Shown piece after piece: positions 60,897-64,000 of a DNA stretch of 64,000 nt. A model generated the notes under the pieces. It was not told the DNA's origin and did not search any database. It was given only the letters and a program-made list of their open reading frames with translations. Each line of letters starts with the position of its first letter. Position 1 is the first letter of the stretch. The stretch is from positions 22,203,976 to 22,267,975 of the forward strand of contig CM119268.1 in the NCBI GenBank assembly GCA_051294375.1, in the 5' to 3' direction. Source of the stretch: Paraspadella gotoi (taxonomy: Eukaryota; Animalia; Chaetognatha). A program made the translations under genes and the position numbers.

Positions 60897-62385
60897 TGAT
60901 CTTCCAACCCTTACCGCTTTCCACTCCTCCACCCGCTGAAACACCCTCTTCCCCATCCGAAAACCTTCTCTACTCTTCCAACCAGCATCGATTCTCCGCC
61001 CCGAAGCCCCAGGTCCGGCGGCGCGGGCGACTCCAGTGATCAAAGCCGGAAAATCCGTAGCCGAAGACGAAGAAGATTTTCTTAGGGAAAATCGAGTCTC
61101 GAAAACTTTGACGAGTTTGAGATATTAAAATCGATGCCTTCGAGAAGCATCCAGAGAAGGCGGAGAGGAAGAGGAAGAGCGTGAGCCCGTTGTGATGGAA
61201 GCAGACAGGATCTGTTTTGAAGACGGTTTGGGGAAGAAGGAGAGAGGGGGAAGGGGAGAGGAAGAGGAGGTAAGAGGAGGGCGAGAGGGAAGAGGAGGAG
61301 AGGGAAGAGGGGGAGGAAGGGAGGCATTTAGAAGTAACATTATTTAAATTAATTCATTCTCTATTGTCTCGTGCAATTGATCCATATAATCAAAAAATAT
61401 AAATCAATCAAATAAATCCTTGAATAAATAAATCAATTAAGCAATTAATCAGTCAATCAATTTATTATTTTTTTCTTAAATGTACATATATGCTCAAAAA
61501 TTACGTCCCCTGACCTCCTAAAAAAACAATTCTTTAAAAATCGCTCTCCGGTCAGCTACGTTCGGCAACCAACTACAACCATCTCACTATCCAACCACCA
61601 CAACTCCTAACCAATCCCTACCCTCCCATCTAACCAACCTTCTCCGCCTTTCTATCCATCCCATCGGGAAAGACGTCCTTCCAGGGCGAGAACGAAAACG
61701 AGTTGCGCTGAGAGAAGACGAAGCAGAGATTAATGTGGACTGTGTTGCGGAGAGAACCGGAGTTTTCTTGAGGAGGGAGAAACGAGAGAGAGAAGGAAGA
61801 GAAGCGAGGATGGAGACAGAGCAGCCTGGGGAGGAGGGTGGGAGGGAGAGAGGGAGGGGGAGGGAGAGGGGTAGGAAAGAGAGAGGGAGGGAGAAAAAGC
61901 TGATTGACCGAGAGAGGCAGTGATGAGGCAGAAACAATGATAATGATAATTATGTATTTGATGATTACGATGACGATATTAATAATTGCTGATAATAATG
62001 ATGATGTGGACAATGATTTATTACTTTGCAAAATAAAAACAGAGCCCAACTTTAAGTTAAAACTTTTGTGTCATCGAAACATTAAAGCAACTCTTTTTTT
62101 TCTAATTTCTATTTTCTATCTTAACTAAACCAAAGAAATTTCAAACTCACTATTTGGTGAAAATGTCCAAGGCTTGGACGTGAACTCTCACCAGAGGCCT
62201 CTTCGCCTTGAGACTCACGCTCATTAAACGGCGAAGGAAGTCAAAATGATCGCAGAGCACGTCGTTCGTGCGTCGTCGTTTGTTCGTCGTCGTCGTCTTC
62301 GTCGTCGTGCAGCCCGTTGTCTTCCATCTCATAGGATTCTTCGTCAAGAATCCGCATGTAGGAGTCGATTTCCAGTTGGAAGGAG
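57070..62385 (-). CDS. Adhesion GPCR (GPS motif plus secretin-like 7TM), 3' part; upstream exons have frameshifts
   Basis: Clean exons: 58230-58095 (FIFIVPVVVVIVINFVVFF, TM5), 57434-57302 (LLGTPWILGLFF..FAYLFVFFNAFQ), 57216-57070 (GLYIFIFNVALNDLVKTEFRRW...*). Indel-ridden exons: ~62385-62151 (CGF..RWKTTGC...C.CDH-LTSFAV-LMSV, GPS), 61825-61639 (GCSVSIL..RNTVHINLC), ~61211-60970 (WMLLEG..LKLVKVF..FGYGF..CWL). Confidence 0.85.
58576..58655. repeat. (GATA)n microsatellite, representative of many SSRs in the window
   Basis: Read directly. Also (GA)n at about 14075-14490, 16075-16180, 31975-32082, 33913-33992 and 39153-39243; (ATT)n at 30321-30413; (ATTT)/(ATTC)n at 14896-15038. Confidence 0.95.
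59355..59446 (-). mobile_element. End of a possible Helentron-associated (DINE-like) non-autonomous element
   Basis: (GACC/GACG)n microsatellite, then GTGACTTATAG, hairpin AGTTGCTCCGCGAGTACTCGCGGCGCAACT and an A-run. This layout is typical of such elements. Confidence 0.45.
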
Positions 62386-63100
62386 GAAGAGAGGGAGTAA
62401 AGCGAAAAGCTGAGGAGGAGGAAGAGAGGAATCAGAAGGGTTTAATATAATATGCTAAAAATGTAATTCTTTCTTTAGATCCATTTACAATGAAGCAGTG
62501 GTCATTTTATATAACCCAATAATTCTTAAAAACATTATACAGTATCATTGATAGGGAAGCCTGAAAAACTGGGAATTATTAAACTAAAACTGTACGAGAG
62601 CCTTGATTGAAAAGATTTCAGAGTCCTGCAATATTTTATCTTGTCAGGAGTGATTGGATCCTTAAACCACCAAAAGCGTCCTGTCCAAAGTCAAGGGCAA
62701 GTATAGCTTAAAAACTTATTTTTATTTATATTAATATTCCTTGATACTATCATTTATATTTATCTCATCATTGTCACGTTCGTCGATGCTTTCTCATGCA
62801 AATTTTAAAAACCCGGACTTGCCGCCAAACCTTTTAATATTTTACTATTATCCTTTCCATATACTAAAATATATCTTCAGTATTCCATTCTAGTTCTGAA
62901 ATCCATAAATCTATTAATGCCATTCGTAAATGTTTACAATGTACATCCCTGGTTCACATTTCTATCCTCTGTCGTCAAATTGAGATGTCATTCTTCCATT
63001 CACCCCCCCCATCACTCTCCCCCCTCCACCCCTCACCTTTCAAATCGCCCTCTCTCCACCCCCATCTCTCTCTCTNNNNNNNNNNNNNNNNNNNNNNNNN

Positions 63101-64000
63101 ATCAAACAATCAATAAATCAAGCAATCAATCAATCAAAAATAGATAAATTAACTAATCAATCAGTCAAATAAATGTATATATCAATCAATCAAACAATAA
63201 ACTAATCAATCAATCAGTAAAATAATCAGTCCATCAATTTATAATCGCTTGCTAAAATGTACAAATGTACAAATACTCCCCTGACCACCTGAAAAAACGA
63301 CCCTTTAAATCACCGTCTGGTCGACTAGTTCGGCAACCAACTACAACCATCTCACTATCCAACCACCCCATCCTCCTATCCAACCATCTAACCATCCCCT
63401 ACCCTCCCATCTAACCAACCTTCTCCGCCTTTCTATCCATCCCATCGGGAAAGACGTCCTTCCCAGCGGCGAGGACGAAAACGAGTTGCGCTGAGAGAAG
63501 ACTGAAGCAGAGATTAATGTGGACTGTGTTGCGGAGAGACCGGAGTTTCTTGAGGAGCGANNNNNNNNNNNNNNNNNNNNNNNNNNNNNNNNNNNNNNNN
63601 NNNNNNNNNNNNNNNNNNNNNNNNNNNNNNNNNNNNNNNNNNNNNNNNNNNNNNNNNNNNNNNNNNNNNNNNNNNNNNNNNNNNNNNNNNNNNNNNNNNN
63701 NNNNNNNNNNNNNNNNNNNNNNNNNNNNNNNNNNNNNNNNNNNNNNNNNNNNNNNNNNNNNNNNNNNNNNNNNNNNNNNNNNNNNNNNNNNNNNNNNNNN
63801 NNNNNNNNNNNNNNNNNNNAATAATGCTGATAATAATGATGATGATGACAATGATTTATTACTTTGCAAAACAAAAACAGAGCTCAACTTTTAGTTAAAA
63901 CTTTTTGTTCATCAAAACATTAAAAGCAACTCTTTTTTTTTCTATTTTCTATTTTCTATCTTAACTAAACCAAAGAAATTTCAACTCACCTATTTTGGTG
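63101..64000 (-). repeat. Second copy of the adhesion-GPCR TM1-TM2 exon region (matches about 61400-62160)
   Basis: 63560-63419 reads SLLKKLRSLRNTVHINLCFSLLSAQLVFVLAAGKDVFPDGMDRKAEK without frameshift. Flanking introns match, and a 25-N gap precedes the copy. Confidence 0.85.

Overview
Intron-rich animal genomic DNA with GC-rich exons, AT-rich or microsatellite-rich introns, GT-AG splicing and many N gaps. The taxon cannot be determined from this window. Most ORF-track entries are exon fragments or repeat noise, so gene models were spliced by hand. In order the window holds: the last exon of an unknown + strand gene; a complete hnRNP L gene (-); a single-pass LDLa membrane protein with a PPxY/NPF-rich tail (-); an initiator tRNA-Met (+); a 16-exon TMC channel gene (+); a CIB calcium-sensor gene (+); an unannotated secreted precursor (-); a second CIB paralogue (+); and the GPS/7TM end of an adhesion GPCR (-). 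The first highlight is that TMC sits next to two copies of its known auxiliary subunit CIB. The second is the precursor between the CIBs, which has a signal peptide, two agouti/agatoxin-spaced cystine-knot domains and about 22 EEDYV-G-K/R-type repeats that look like amidated, Tyr-sulfated peptides. Parts of 33 kb, 40-51 kb and 61-64 kb are indel-rich and duplicated around gaps, which most likely reflects gap-filling or haplotype artefacts. All homology calls come from motif recognition, not database searches.
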